In this document: one piece after another, positions 19,401 to 26,619 of the stretch
Layout: every line of letters starts with the position of its first letter
Numbering within the stretch: the stretch's first letter is position 1
Virus record (IMG/VR): IMGVR_UViG_3300010429_000218
Span: 2,528 to 66,527 of that record
DNA from: a virus
Length of the DNA stretch: 64,000 nucleotides
Reading direction: 5' to 3' (one strand)
Notes under the pieces: generated by a model
Database searches by the model: none
Told to the model about the DNA's origin: nothing
The model's input: only the letters and a program-made list of their open reading frames with translations
Position numbers and translations under genes: made by a program

Positions 19401-21870
19401 CGATACCAGCATCAGCATTTGTAACAGGCGCGGCGTTTGGTGCCGACTGTACATCAAGACTCCCAAGATACTCTTGAATCGGAACCGCCTCATACTTGGA
19501 CGTGTTCAGCGCATCAACCTTTTTCCGGTCGAATGTCTCCATGACCACTTCGCCGGTTTCCTTGTTGCGGATAACCCAACTTGAATCACGGTTAAGGCTA
19601 GAGTCAGATTTTACTTTTGCTCTTTGAGGTGCGGCGTTCTTGCGCTGCTGATATTCGGCCTCGGCTTGAATCGACTTCTCAATGACTGCTACGGCATCAT
19701 TGGAATCCATGCGCTCCTTAATCCAAAGCGTGTTATCTCGAACAGCCTCTTCAATGCTCTTGTATTGCGAGTCTCCAAACACGCCATTGTCGGTATATCT
19801 GGTTACTTGAATCATTCCTTCTTTCTGTGCAGAAGGATGGATAACAACAAAATTCCCGTTACCTGTTGAATAAGTTGGCGGCACGCCAGATGCAATAGCT
19901 TGTTCGGCATCTTTTGTGACAAGGCTAATCAATTGCCCGTTCAGGTCCGATTCGATACGCTCAAACGGTTTTGCGGTTTTCAGTTGCGCCTGAAGCTGCT
20001 TGATTCGTGCTTGAGGTGCGGCGCCTTGTTCAATCCCATCTTGCGGAGCATTCGTTTCTTGCGGCGCTTGAGCCATTTTGACAGGTTGGGCAGCACGACT
20101 ATTCTCCGGTAGATTGAACTGCGTAGCGGTCTGCGGTAGCGGTCTGGTCGTCGTCGGCTGCGCTTTGGTTGCCATGCGGCGCTGCAAATCCGCAATGGCA
20201 ACTTGGCGCATCTTCGGATTGGCGTTCTCGTTCTCGGCAATGCGTTGAACCTGTTCGTCAGAGCGCGTGCGCATCAGGCGCTCAATGGGCGCAAGTTCTG
20301 CCTGTGCGGCTTCATCGGCAAGCATCTGCTGCTCGATAGCGGCGCGCTCCGGATGCACCGGCATCTGCGTTGCGCCGGTCTGGATGCCGGTCAGTGCAGC
20401 CTTGGAAAGTGCGCCACCTTGGGCAGCGGAACGTACTAGGTCTTGCGTGATAGCAGCGTGTTGCTGCGCTTCTTCTTCGGCTAGTTGGTCTAGGCGTGTC
20501 GTAGCCTGTTGGTTTGCACTGGAACGCATAGGCTTGGCGCGTTCGTTGTCAGCAATCTTAATCTGAGAATCAAGATACTCGCCCATCGTGTAAGGCACTT
20601 CGTTTTGATTTGCATCAAGACGGATACCAATAGGTTCATTGAATGCTGCGACAAGATCAGCCTCATATTGTTTGCGGCCCTTGTCATCCATGCGGGTAGC
20701 GTCGAGGCCAAGCATGGTATCAATGCGTTGCTGTACGGGAACAGGGTCAGAAGTGAGTGATACATCGGGCGGGATAGTCGGAGCGTCTTGTGGTGCAGTC
20801 TGGTCTGCCTTGACGCCACGTAGCGGGCTTGTGGCGGCTTGATAAATCTTCTGGCCGGCATAGGTAATGCCGCTTTGTCCAAGCGACGACAGGGCTTCAA
20901 GCATGGCGCCCTTGGTATCCCAATCGCCGGTTGCAGCGCCTTGTCCAAGATATTCACCAGCGAATTCCCCAACAGGCTCCAGCGCACCTACGGTTGCATT
21001 ACGGGCGAGTGCTTGAACGCCTTTCTGCGATGCTTGATAAATCGGGTCAGCAAGCACCCTTGCGCCAATCTGTTCGCGTGCAGCAGATACAGCAGCCTTG
21101 TCTGCCGCGTTGATACCCAAAGAAGCAATAGCTCTATCCGTAGCGGCATTGACCGGAGCGCGCAGCATCTTCCCGCCAATACCCATCGTTGCGGTATCGA
21201 CCGCGCCAATGATGCCGCCTTTGATGGCTGATTTTCCGAGAACGCCGCCCGCGTCTTGCTCAAGGAATGAACGAACAGCATTGGTATCCTGCGGATTGAT
21301 GCCTGCGCCACGGATAGCCCGATCAACTTGCTCGGCAGATTCAGCAGCCGTATTTCCTGTTGCCGCGCCAGCAAAGGCACCGCCAACCGTACCAACTGGT
21401 CCAGCAAGCGAACCGGCGGCACCACCAGCCAACATTCCCGCCATCGGCATGACCATGTTCGGGATTTGCTCGACAATTCCACCGCCCATTGCTGACAGGT
21501 TTTTTCCGGTCGCCTGCAAGGCGGCAATACCAGTTGGAGCCTCGCGCCAATCTTTTGCAAACTCTCCTGCTACGCCTTTGATACCACCAATGACGCCATC
21601 GCCTTTTTCCCATGCAGCCATCAACTCATTGCCTTCCGGCGTTCCGGGATTGGCGCGTTGATAAGCATCGCGCTCGGCAGCGAGTTTTGCGGCGCTCTCA
21701 TAGTCGCCGGTAGTCAATGCGCCAAATGTCTTGCGGGCGCTATTGGCTTGTGTCAGGCCACGGACTAAGGCGTTATCTTGTTTCTTTGGCTTCTGGTTAG
21801 TAGAAAAATCAGCCCACGGTCCTGATTCTGTTTCACTGTTTTGTGCGAACTCTTCCCACGGTCCAGCCAT
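10417..21870 (-). CDS. Giant polyvalent/ejection protein (LPD1-like, RadC/MPN, zincin, ADP-ribosyltransferase-like, LPD38-like)
   Basis: ~3817 aa; FGFRAADFGNWV..HEWLH, SHNHPSG..SEAD, HEGFH..EEIAAY, VVYHGT..IYLTDN motifs. Confidence 0.88.
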   Translation of the reverse strand: MAGPWEEFAQNSETESGPWADFSTNQKPKKQDNALVRGLTQANSARKTFGALTTGDYESAAKLAAERDAYQRANPGTPEGNELMAAWEKGDGVIGGIKGVAGEFAKDWREAPTGIAALQATGKNLSAMGGGIVEQIPNMVMPMAGMLAGGAAGSLAGPVGTVGGAFAGAATGNTAAESAEQVDRAIRGAGINPQDTNAVRSFLEQDAGGVLGKSAIKGGIIGAVDTATMGIGGKMLRAPVNAATDRAIASLGINAADKAAVSAAREQIGARVLADPIYQASQKGVQALARNATVGALEPVGEFAGEYLGQGAATGDWDTKGAMLEALSSLGQSGITYAGQKIYQAATSPLRGVKADQTAPQDAPTIPPDVSLTSDPVPVQQRIDTMLGLDATRMDDKGRKQYEADLVAAFNEPIGIRLDANQNEVPYTMGEYLDSQIKIADNERAKPMRSSANQQATTRLDQLAEEEAQQHAAITQDLVRSAAQGGALSKAALTGIQTGATQMPVHPERAAIEQQMLADEAAQAELAPIERLMRTRSDEQVQRIAENENANPKMRQVAIADLQRRMATKAQPTTTRPLPQTATQFNLPENSRAAQPVKMAQAPQETNAPQDGIEQGAAPQARIKQLQAQLKTAKPFERIESDLNGQLISLVTKDAEQAIASGVPPTYSTGNGNFVVIHPSAQKEGMIQVTRYTDNGVFGDSQYKSIEEAVRDNTLWIKERMDSNDAVAVIEKSIQAEAEYQQRKNAAPQRAKVKSDSSLNRDSSWVIRNKETGEVVMETFDRKKVDALNTSKYEAVPIQEYLGSLDVQSAPNAAPVTNADAGIGVGGKSGIAKGASGIAQRQANAANNFIDSVQEQFGLSKEDAGKAWDHFVQNKLVKIDAVGGQYSLTDGRLWDGEVMRRAANNEAQPKPKAKPNRREIDSTKDTLFQAIAKLGGMDTQELTSNGFDQKDISVRHNGRVIQSGKNKGQLTKPSFKSLSLGFNMPLHKKGGMSFDGVLEELKQHGYFPEDATKNDAIEAFRRELGGDAVMTPDAAMQQAEMQAEQEENDAIGYDDLSDREKALVDFHAETVYDNDDPIEAFKRGMKRDGATEDEINEAIKQTFGAQETGNNDSGGTSQGTGETRDAQGAWNGSQDGEIQESAEPDWLTGQTNEQAAAELAKRKADIAEEKRQHEELIAKAKRESNAKEKARRAAQVLAEREAAKKAEVDKAAEDFALGQEAPAPVERKVTTEDARGQQDVFAQPAQGQKAPEKSERESAELRYKEILSQWKSKSLGKMWKPTTPLEIKVEAEKLMATLSSREQPAQEPAQPVKATTEAKAVEPAAVDAKKEAKSEVIEGAGEKLEFARKYKVASMAKEYSDQELANLPLSKIWPADEIDSIEDAFIAAVSTAARAEIPAKPRKVYKVDSWVNKIKALRGLVQKVINSTETRDRLREMLKNWKTLDDFYSKVVLLESIDRAQWKRIGYVRERPDAYQYKDGNRVDTPMVSLEIDGKSHWIDNAGSVHDALDKINKLLGVETKPKLMEFEVRGKGNSYFINKKGDREYRKLKTFTSTEEAFKFRKENYDELVSAWEAVKDSDNVKKTDVRNAENRPRTGQDWRKGKNVDSQTFIDTFGFRAADFGNWVKQGDDAKERQGMLNQAYDALMDLSEIVGLPPKAISLNGTLALGFGLDGKGWASAHFSPDKLFINLTKTRGAGSIAHEWLHALDNYFARMRNDGNEVQFTGDQNAYRKDNFVTYKPEAMYVHKTKRSTPMSRADLQRMHEQAPSSEYWITDNWEKDKNHPEGIRPQVEKAFSELVETLNASPMLARARKIDKGPDGYWSRIIERGARSFENYVIHKMMEGGYQNDYLANVKSAEDFSRDKGRYPYLLPEEVAPVAEAFDNLFNTLETKETDKGIALMEESAVYNVNEPDAFTGDIFQGTEHALPETKRRAIPAGRQSRARADDGQGASRVLAVREAADTPGVYHVSAQLVTVGERQLPVATVKTSEDAARAFAHLSRFAVEHMDGLVTDKDGKPLAIIGAFKGAPTQASVYSSTLMMELARIDGAANLWLSHNHPSGMPNLSEADRTLSRNFRKILRDTSVTYQGLSAMARRGDTIRWEDDDYNSGEVSANEPTPHRVPIVERELVNSNPVSKVGGPQDAKRLVPDLAKDSPGVVFLTAQNEIASFVPFSPEEMGELRSGSRLMKLFNAAAKSGATGALVAMPDGKVTTAQFGNLKGALGTIDVGVFDGIRYDSAATDGGKSVAESGEYVDSVGANFFSRGNGATQGQSFPRAQAESRIKSILGDKLGKVLIDSGIVSFTNKGNEYQGATYKDGSISLNLDALNADNFAGVLQHEGFHSTIRDLVGEQTYTQMMKRLDTMLAMGKGAQWVKDAEAAIPSDTKAEHRTEEIAAYSIEQYVNGAKQPNIIKRWVESLLSALRTAIIQRMPNGKLKLWAIGNIKPQDLANLAIAGLKAKAGKVAATSYTSAGYADARMSKTQERTVRAVNPGSSEPVQYVGEAGGKVSIKEFNAFVNRFKGEQPIDNYGYKQKIADLVEEIESDWSKGSSDDYSNIFGPDKIYVDLHKENNMEYFDGDGDLTDSGSSRYNELERELSTKIAKDEIGEPERQSVSLNKAGDMAKIVHAYLEKLGIEPSAISGSGKSDSKYFSVEINGEQKTVRVSDHQIPVEYQDRNGAADYEIALYDVGDDVRSDGRITSNGITEEEASRRAVEVINSILQAQGREAMAYSKINQTDTPEFKKWFGNSKVVDADGKPLVVYHGTNADFSVFKTTRSGEFGPAIYLTDNPREAGEYGEAVKGISFAPPSANIMPVYARIENPYTKGVDAFWKEFGRSDSDAAGVERAKAAGYDGIIAKRADRYYDNVAHEFVDLGNTLTHYIAFSNTQVKSAIGNNGDFGTNPDIRYSRAKIIGDSGRQSAFDIPESSKMDDVIYAMQDKQVDLRRVVQSIKKAGGNLTDSNNAYLQEELFHGRASKGVHDFLNNELRPLVAQMRSLNVEMADFEEYLWNRHAEERNQQIAKINDQMPDGGSGIKTADARAYLKALDPAKRSAYESLAKRIGAINRSSQEILVKSGLEKQETIDAWNGAYSNYVPLHREDVDTGHVGTGKGYSIRGSASKRAVGSNKPVVDILANLAMQRERNIVRAEKNRVSNALYGLAVANPNADLWEVDKAPTERVVQNKAVYKVVDDTNGVVLDEFDRMEDAERYSLHHDNTSVEQSWADKVVTRIVPGFRQQDNVIHTRINGEDHFVIMDDKNPRSVRMAQSIKNLDMDQLGKVLSNTAKATRYMAAINTQYNPVFGVVNLTRDTQGAMLNLSTTPLAGQQKKVLKYTLSALRGIYADLRDSRNGKAPSSAWEKEFDEFQNAGGQTGFRDQYSNAQERGDAIAKELKSLDRNWLLKRGGAMFDWLSDYNESMENAVRLASFKAAKESGMSVEQAASLAKNLTVNFNRKGQVATQMGALYAFFNASVQGTARLAETMAGPMGKKILYGGLLLGSMQAMLLAASGMGDDEPPEFVRERSIIIPIGDGKYVSIPMPLGFHVIPNLSRIPTEFVMSGFKDPAKRIADIFGLFADTFNPIGNAGLSLQTIAPTVIDPLAALSENRDWTGKPIAKLDRDSLNPTPGYLRAKDTATSWSRAISYGFNLLSGGTDYKKGLFSPTPDQIDYLIGQATGGVGREVSKAEQTGMALATGEELPMHKIPLFGRFIGDTTGQSAEGGKFYASIQRINEHENEIKGLRKEGNADAIREYIKDNPEAMLVVGANHVEREIQKLKAAKREAVKADNTERVKAIESQITSRMKMFNDRVRSLSEKNAA

Positions 21871-23795
21871 TATGCTTTCTCCCAAGATGCCTTATCTGCC
21901 GGATTGCCGCCCTTGAATCGGTATCCGCCGCGAACGTCGCCAACAGACGGGGCGCCGGATTGCTGCCCATCTTCCTGAACGCGCCGGCCAGTCTGCTGAT
22001 CGAATACATAGCTCGGGCGGCGAATCTTGCTCATGCCGTCAGGCCCAATTTCTTCCCCGCCCTGCACAGTGATGTAACGGTCAGCGTTCGGATTCTTTCC
22101 GGTCAATGCCTGAAGCGAAGCCAGCGCATTCTTGTCGCCAGCGATTGCTTTTCCTTGAAGGTCAGAAATGCGTTGCGCCTGCGTCAGTGACAGTTGCTTG
22201 GTCTGGTTGTCCAGCGGATTTCCTTGCAGGCGCAGCAGTTCATTCTGCGCATTCAAATCCTGTCCGCGCATGGTTACTTGGTCACGGTTGCTTTCGCGCT
22301 GCGCAGCGACTCCGGCATTCTGGCGGGAAGTTTCGTTGTTCATTGCGGCAACGTCACGATGGCCGTCTGAATTCAGCAATGCGCCAATGGCCGCCTGGTT
22401 TCCGCGAGTGGCAAGTCTTAGCAAATCATCTTGGCGCCAACGCTGCGTTTTCTCGGCGTTCGCCGCTTCCACGCCGCCATCACCAAGAATGCCAGGAGCG
22501 TATCCGCCAGCCGGAATATCCTTGTCTCGATTGGCGATCATTTCCCCCGTAATCTTGTTCGCATTAGCGTAGCGGGAGAGTCCTTCATTCACAGAGGCCG
22601 CATCGCCGCCGATCATCTGATCTTTCAGCCCAACAACGGCTTTCTGCGGATCAATGTTGGTGTAGAGCGGTGATGTTTCGGGTGACGTGACCCGCTTAAC
22701 TCCATCTTGCGATGTCGGATTGACGGTGTAGTTTCTGCTACCTTCGGTGAATTGGTTATCAACGATGGCGCCTGGATTTTGCTTGGAGATCGGAGCAGGA
22801 ACGCTACGGCCCTCATTTCCGTAGTTTAACAACACGCCAGCAGACAAAGGGTTGCTTGCGTGCGAAGGAACTTGGGCCGGCGCTTGTGCTGTGCCGTTTT
22901 GTCCGACAACGCCATATTGCAGGGCAGACTTTACTGGATCATTCATCACGCCAGCAGAGGTCGCTTCGGCGCGCCGGCCACGCTCCATTTCAAGCCCGGT
23001 GCGATTGTCGGCGGACGAAGCGCCGGCATACCAAGGGCGAGGACCGTCATTCGACGGGCTTACAGAATTCTGTGCAGTTGCCACCGGAAGCGAACCAGAC
23101 ACCCGGTCAGTTTTTGTCGGCAGGCCTCCGTTGTCGTAAATAGTCGGCGCCTGTCCTGCGCCCATGCTGATTGCAGGAAGACCAACATCCTTGTAGATTC
23201 CACCCTGCGCTGCCGAGTTGTTGGTGCTGAGTGACGGGATGGAAAGAGTGTTTCGCGTGGCCTGCATTGCTTTGGCGTATTCATCTGGATTGTTGTCTAG
23301 CGACCATCCGCCCGCTGCTGCCTTCTTGCCACCCTTGATCGTCGGGCCAACCGGCTTGCCGGTGCCCGCCTCGAAAAACGCATCGACCGACTCAAAGCCC
23401 ATTGCCTTCGCCAGTCGTTGCAGCAACTTGTCCTGCTCGTGGGAAACAATGCGCTCCTTGGTCGATACCTTGATCGGCTCGCCAGTATCTTCTACCTGTG
23501 CGTCGATGCTGTCCGAGGTCGGCGTGCCGATACCTTTGATAAGACCGCCATTGGCGTAACCAGACGCCTTGTCGATCTGTTTCTGGCGATTGCCAAACAA
23601 ATTCAGCGCATCGCCAATCAGTCCCTTGGAATTCTGTTTCTGTTCCGGCTGCGGTTGTGGTGCCGGTTGGGCGACGGGCGGCGGTGCCGGTTGAGAGTTT
23701 CCGCTGACGCCATACTTGGCATTCATTTCTGCAATCAGTTGATCAGCCTTGCTGATCTGACCACCATCGGCGAAACAGGCTCTTGCTTTCTTCAT
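21870..23795 (-). CDS. Internal virion/DNA-ejection protein
   Basis: FADGG/YANGG motifs, GIGTPTSDSI, C-terminal YRFKGGNPADKASW; upstream of the giant gene. Confidence 0.65.
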   Translation of the reverse strand: MKKARACFADGGQISKADQLIAEMNAKYGVSGNSQPAPPPVAQPAPQPQPEQKQNSKGLIGDALNLFGNRQKQIDKASGYANGGLIKGIGTPTSDSIDAQVEDTGEPIKVSTKERIVSHEQDKLLQRLAKAMGFESVDAFFEAGTGKPVGPTIKGGKKAAAGGWSLDNNPDEYAKAMQATRNTLSIPSLSTNNSAAQGGIYKDVGLPAISMGAGQAPTIYDNGGLPTKTDRVSGSLPVATAQNSVSPSNDGPRPWYAGASSADNRTGLEMERGRRAEATSAGVMNDPVKSALQYGVVGQNGTAQAPAQVPSHASNPLSAGVLLNYGNEGRSVPAPISKQNPGAIVDNQFTEGSRNYTVNPTSQDGVKRVTSPETSPLYTNIDPQKAVVGLKDQMIGGDAASVNEGLSRYANANKITGEMIANRDKDIPAGGYAPGILGDGGVEAANAEKTQRWRQDDLLRLATRGNQAAIGALLNSDGHRDVAAMNNETSRQNAGVAAQRESNRDQVTMRGQDLNAQNELLRLQGNPLDNQTKQLSLTQAQRISDLQGKAIAGDKNALASLQALTGKNPNADRYITVQGGEEIGPDGMSKIRRPSYVFDQQTGRRVQEDGQQSGAPSVGDVRGGYRFKGGNPADKASWEKA

Positions 23796-23834
23796 CGCGG
23801 ACTACTCCAGTCAATATGTTCGGAGAGTACGATA

Positions 23835-23847
23835 ACCCCTCCTGATT
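23835..23847 (-). promoter_or_regulatory. Late-promoter motif copy (ATYAKGAGGGGY)
   Basis: AATCAGGAGGGGT then N5-TACTCT; also at 42863, 43583, 45890. Confidence 0.55.
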
Positions 23848-23919
23848 CCGCCATCTGACGGATTTGCAGATAGGGCAAATCTAATCAATAAGCCAGCATT
23901 CATCAGGATTTGAAGAAAC

Positions 23920-23944
23920 AAAAAGAGCGCCGAAGCGCCCTCTT
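23920..23944 (-). terminator. Probable intrinsic terminator
   Basis: GGGCGC-TTCG-GCGCTC hairpin followed by a T-run on - strand. Confidence 0.6.
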
Positions 23945-23962
23945 GTATATCCACTGATAAGG

Positions 23963-25009
23963 TTAAACAGACTGCGACACACTCTTACTGTTCGACACGC
24001 CAAGCGAAGTCTGTGCATGGATGTTGTTGAATAGCGAGGTCGCCATCTGCGACATGGTTTGAACCTCCGTCAGAATGGCCTTAACCCACTCCGTGACCAT
24101 CATCATTTCGGACTTTAGGTTCTGTGTGTTGGTATCTTGTGTCAGGTCGGCGTTGTGCTGCGTCCCTTTATAGGTAAGCTCTGCTGCGCCGGTGCGGGCG
24201 TTGTAGTACGAAGAAACAGCAGAAATCAGCTTGCTCTGCGCGTCGTATCCGATAGGAACAAGTTTGCTGGCAATATCTGGCCCAAGCGCCTCTACCTTAA
24301 CGTAGTCAAGAATCGCCTTGAGTGCCATGTCGCGCAGAGAAAGAATTTTCTCTACAATCCATTTCTGCATTTCGACCGACATGATAGCGATCTTGCGGCT
24401 TGACTCTGCGGTAAGGTCTTGTGCCTTCTGCTGGATTTGTAGCGTAGCACTCAGCGCGGCGTCGGGTGGAAGCGGGAATCCCCGTGCGGCGAACTGCGAT
24501 AGAACCGCGTCACTTGCGCGGTTTGCGTCTGACAAAATGCGGGCTGCATCGTCACCCCATATTTGCGCAGCAACCGTTGGCGGTAGTCCAACATTCGGGT
24601 TTGCAATCGCTGCGGCAAGCCAATTCTCAGCAAGGGTGTATGTTGCGTTCTCCGTTGGGAAATACGCTGCAATGAAGCTCGTCCGTTTTGCGTCGAACAG
24701 GTTGATAAGGTTGGTGTATTGAGTCGTGAATTCGTTGTAAATATCAGTGGATGTGACCGACGAAGGAATATTTACCAGCGGCTCGGCTACGGTTGCCGGG
24801 GCTAGTGTCGTGTTGTTCATCGTCGGGGTGTTCAGCGTGTTCTGAAGGTCCGAAACAATGTTCGAAATCTTGTTCATAACGTTCGTTCGGTTGTCGAGGC
24901 CGAGCGCCCATGTTGAATTGACCGCTGCTTCGAAGGCGATCACACCTGCATTTTCCATTACCTCCGGTGGAAGGTCGGCAGCAAAGTCCAGTGGGAGTCC
25001 GTAGGGCAT
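23963..25009 (-). CDS. Putative internal virion protein
   Basis: Helical protein with FAARGFPLPP motif between tail and ejection genes. Confidence 0.6.
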   Translation of the reverse strand: MPYGLPLDFAADLPPEVMENAGVIAFEAAVNSTWALGLDNRTNVMNKISNIVSDLQNTLNTPTMNNTTLAPATVAEPLVNIPSSVTSTDIYNEFTTQYTNLINLFDAKRTSFIAAYFPTENATYTLAENWLAAAIANPNVGLPPTVAAQIWGDDAARILSDANRASDAVLSQFAARGFPLPPDAALSATLQIQQKAQDLTAESSRKIAIMSVEMQKWIVEKILSLRDMALKAILDYVKVEALGPDIASKLVPIGYDAQSKLISAVSSYYNARTGAAELTYKGTQHNADLTQDTNTQNLKSEMMMVTEWVKAILTEVQTMSQMATSLFNNIHAQTSLGVSNSKSVSQSV

Positions 25010-25011
25010 GT

Positions 25012-26619
25012 TTAAATCCTCCTGCCGGATTCAACCGGCGCAAAGCTGGCAGAGGCCAGCGTGAAGTCTGAACCTTCTGTGTTGTAAATTGAAAGGTCGT
25101 ACCAGTTGGCGCGCAGCCCTTTTCCCGGATCAATACGATGCGTCTTGATGCCGTCGCTGCATGATCGTGCTTCGTAATAGTACAAATCATCTTCTGGCGT
25201 CGTGACGCGCAACTCCATTGGGGTTTTTGAAGCGCATCCGACATAACAAGCCGGAAGATGTTTAAGGTTCTCTACGCCAAAGTTATTTTTCCCGAGCGAG
25301 ATATGGCCTTCGATTTTTGCCGTCCCTCCTGCCAATAAACACATACCAGCAGGAACGGTCACGTATCCACGCGAAGCCGATGTTACGGGCCAGCCAGAGT
25401 ACCTTGATACGGCCTTGGTCTTGACGTTCACGCACCAGCCGCACGAAACAACCTTGCGATACTCTTCTACGTCTTCTTCAACCACGACAGAAACCCCGGA
25501 AGCCGGCGGAGTCTGCTTGACGGTTTGCGCCATGATCTCAGTAACTGACCCGTTGATGTCTGCAAAGACTATTCCGCGCGCGCCGAACCAACCGACGATT
25601 AGCGCATCCGGAGCGACGTTCTCGATGACGAACTCAGTTCCAGCCACGCCGCCGTAATGAAGGATAGCGCGCATTTCCATATCCGGTCCAATCTGTCGTC
25701 CAGTCATGAAGTATGTCTTTCCAGCGGACACATAGACGCCGTTCTGATTCCCGATGGCAATTCCGATGTCACTTTCGAACGGAACCCGCTTGTCAGTTTT
25801 CAGGCAGTACCCTGGCTTGTACGGGATGCCGTAGTACAGGTCTTTCCCGCTGACTGAGCAAAGCTGTCCATTGAACAGGAATAGTCGTGTCCCATTGGGC
25901 AGCGGTTCCTCGTCCTTGAATATTCCTTCGCGTAACCTAGTCGGCTCTGCAACCACATCAACGATGGTTGTTCCGACTGCATAGCTGCCGATCCACATTG
26001 GTATCGAGCCATTCACTGTCGAGAAATAAACGTTGACGTGCGTAGCGCCAGGGGATGTTCCGGGAAGCGTGATGCGAACGCCGCCAGCAGTAGGAACCGA
26101 TAGGTTGCTAGACGCTGATATTCCGCCCTCTTCGCCAGTCACGCTATTTGAGTAGCTGACGCTAACCTGATACGCGCCTTCATAAAGCGCCCCAGGTATC
26201 ATCGTACAGGTCGGCGCGGTCGGCGTCGCAAGCCCCATCGGATACGCAATACCCCCGATGATCTTTCCGGAATCTGTTGCGCTGGAATAATAGAGTTTGC
26301 CGTCGTATTCCTGCCACGATACCGCTGCGCCACTTGTAAGAACGAGAAACAGAGTCTCGGAATAGGAAGGTGCCAACGTGACCGCATACATCGCCGTGCC
26401 GCGCACCAGATATCCGTCCGTGTCCGTCAGCATGTAGAGCGAATGGGCATCGGTCATCGCCTGAACCTGAAGCAGATCGGCGCGACGTGACACCCACCCT
26501 GAATTGTCGATGTCAACGTTTTCTGCGTCGCGCAGCCAATCCCCGTTTTCAGTAGAAAGCGACGTGTCCGGCAGGTAGTGGTTGATCCCGAGGAACGGGC
26601 CAATGGGTTGTGTATTCAT
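25012..26619 (-). CDS. Putative tail nozzle/tubular protein
   Basis: GPFLGIN...LRDAENVDIDNSG.VSRR start typical of podoviral tail beta-propeller proteins. Confidence 0.6.
   Translation of the reverse strand: MNTQPIGPFLGINHYLPDTSLSTENGDWLRDAENVDIDNSGWVSRRADLLQVQAMTDAHSLYMLTDTDGYLVRGTAMYAVTLAPSYSETLFLVLTSGAAVSWQEYDGKLYYSSATDSGKIIGGIAYPMGLATPTAPTCTMIPGALYEGAYQVSVSYSNSVTGEEGGISASSNLSVPTAGGVRITLPGTSPGATHVNVYFSTVNGSIPMWIGSYAVGTTIVDVVAEPTRLREGIFKDEEPLPNGTRLFLFNGQLCSVSGKDLYYGIPYKPGYCLKTDKRVPFESDIGIAIGNQNGVYVSAGKTYFMTGRQIGPDMEMRAILHYGGVAGTEFVIENVAPDALIVGWFGARGIVFADINGSVTEIMAQTVKQTPPASGVSVVVEEDVEEYRKVVSCGWCVNVKTKAVSRYSGWPVTSASRGYVTVPAGMCLLAGGTAKIEGHISLGKNNFGVENLKHLPACYVGCASKTPMELRVTTPEDDLYYYEARSCSDGIKTHRIDPGKGLRANWYDLSIYNTEGSDFTLASASFAPVESGRRI

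Noticed and set aside
10524-21661. Numerous 60-230 aa ORFs overlapping the giant gene
   Set aside because: Antisense or out-of-frame shadows expected at this GC content, with no RBS or motif support
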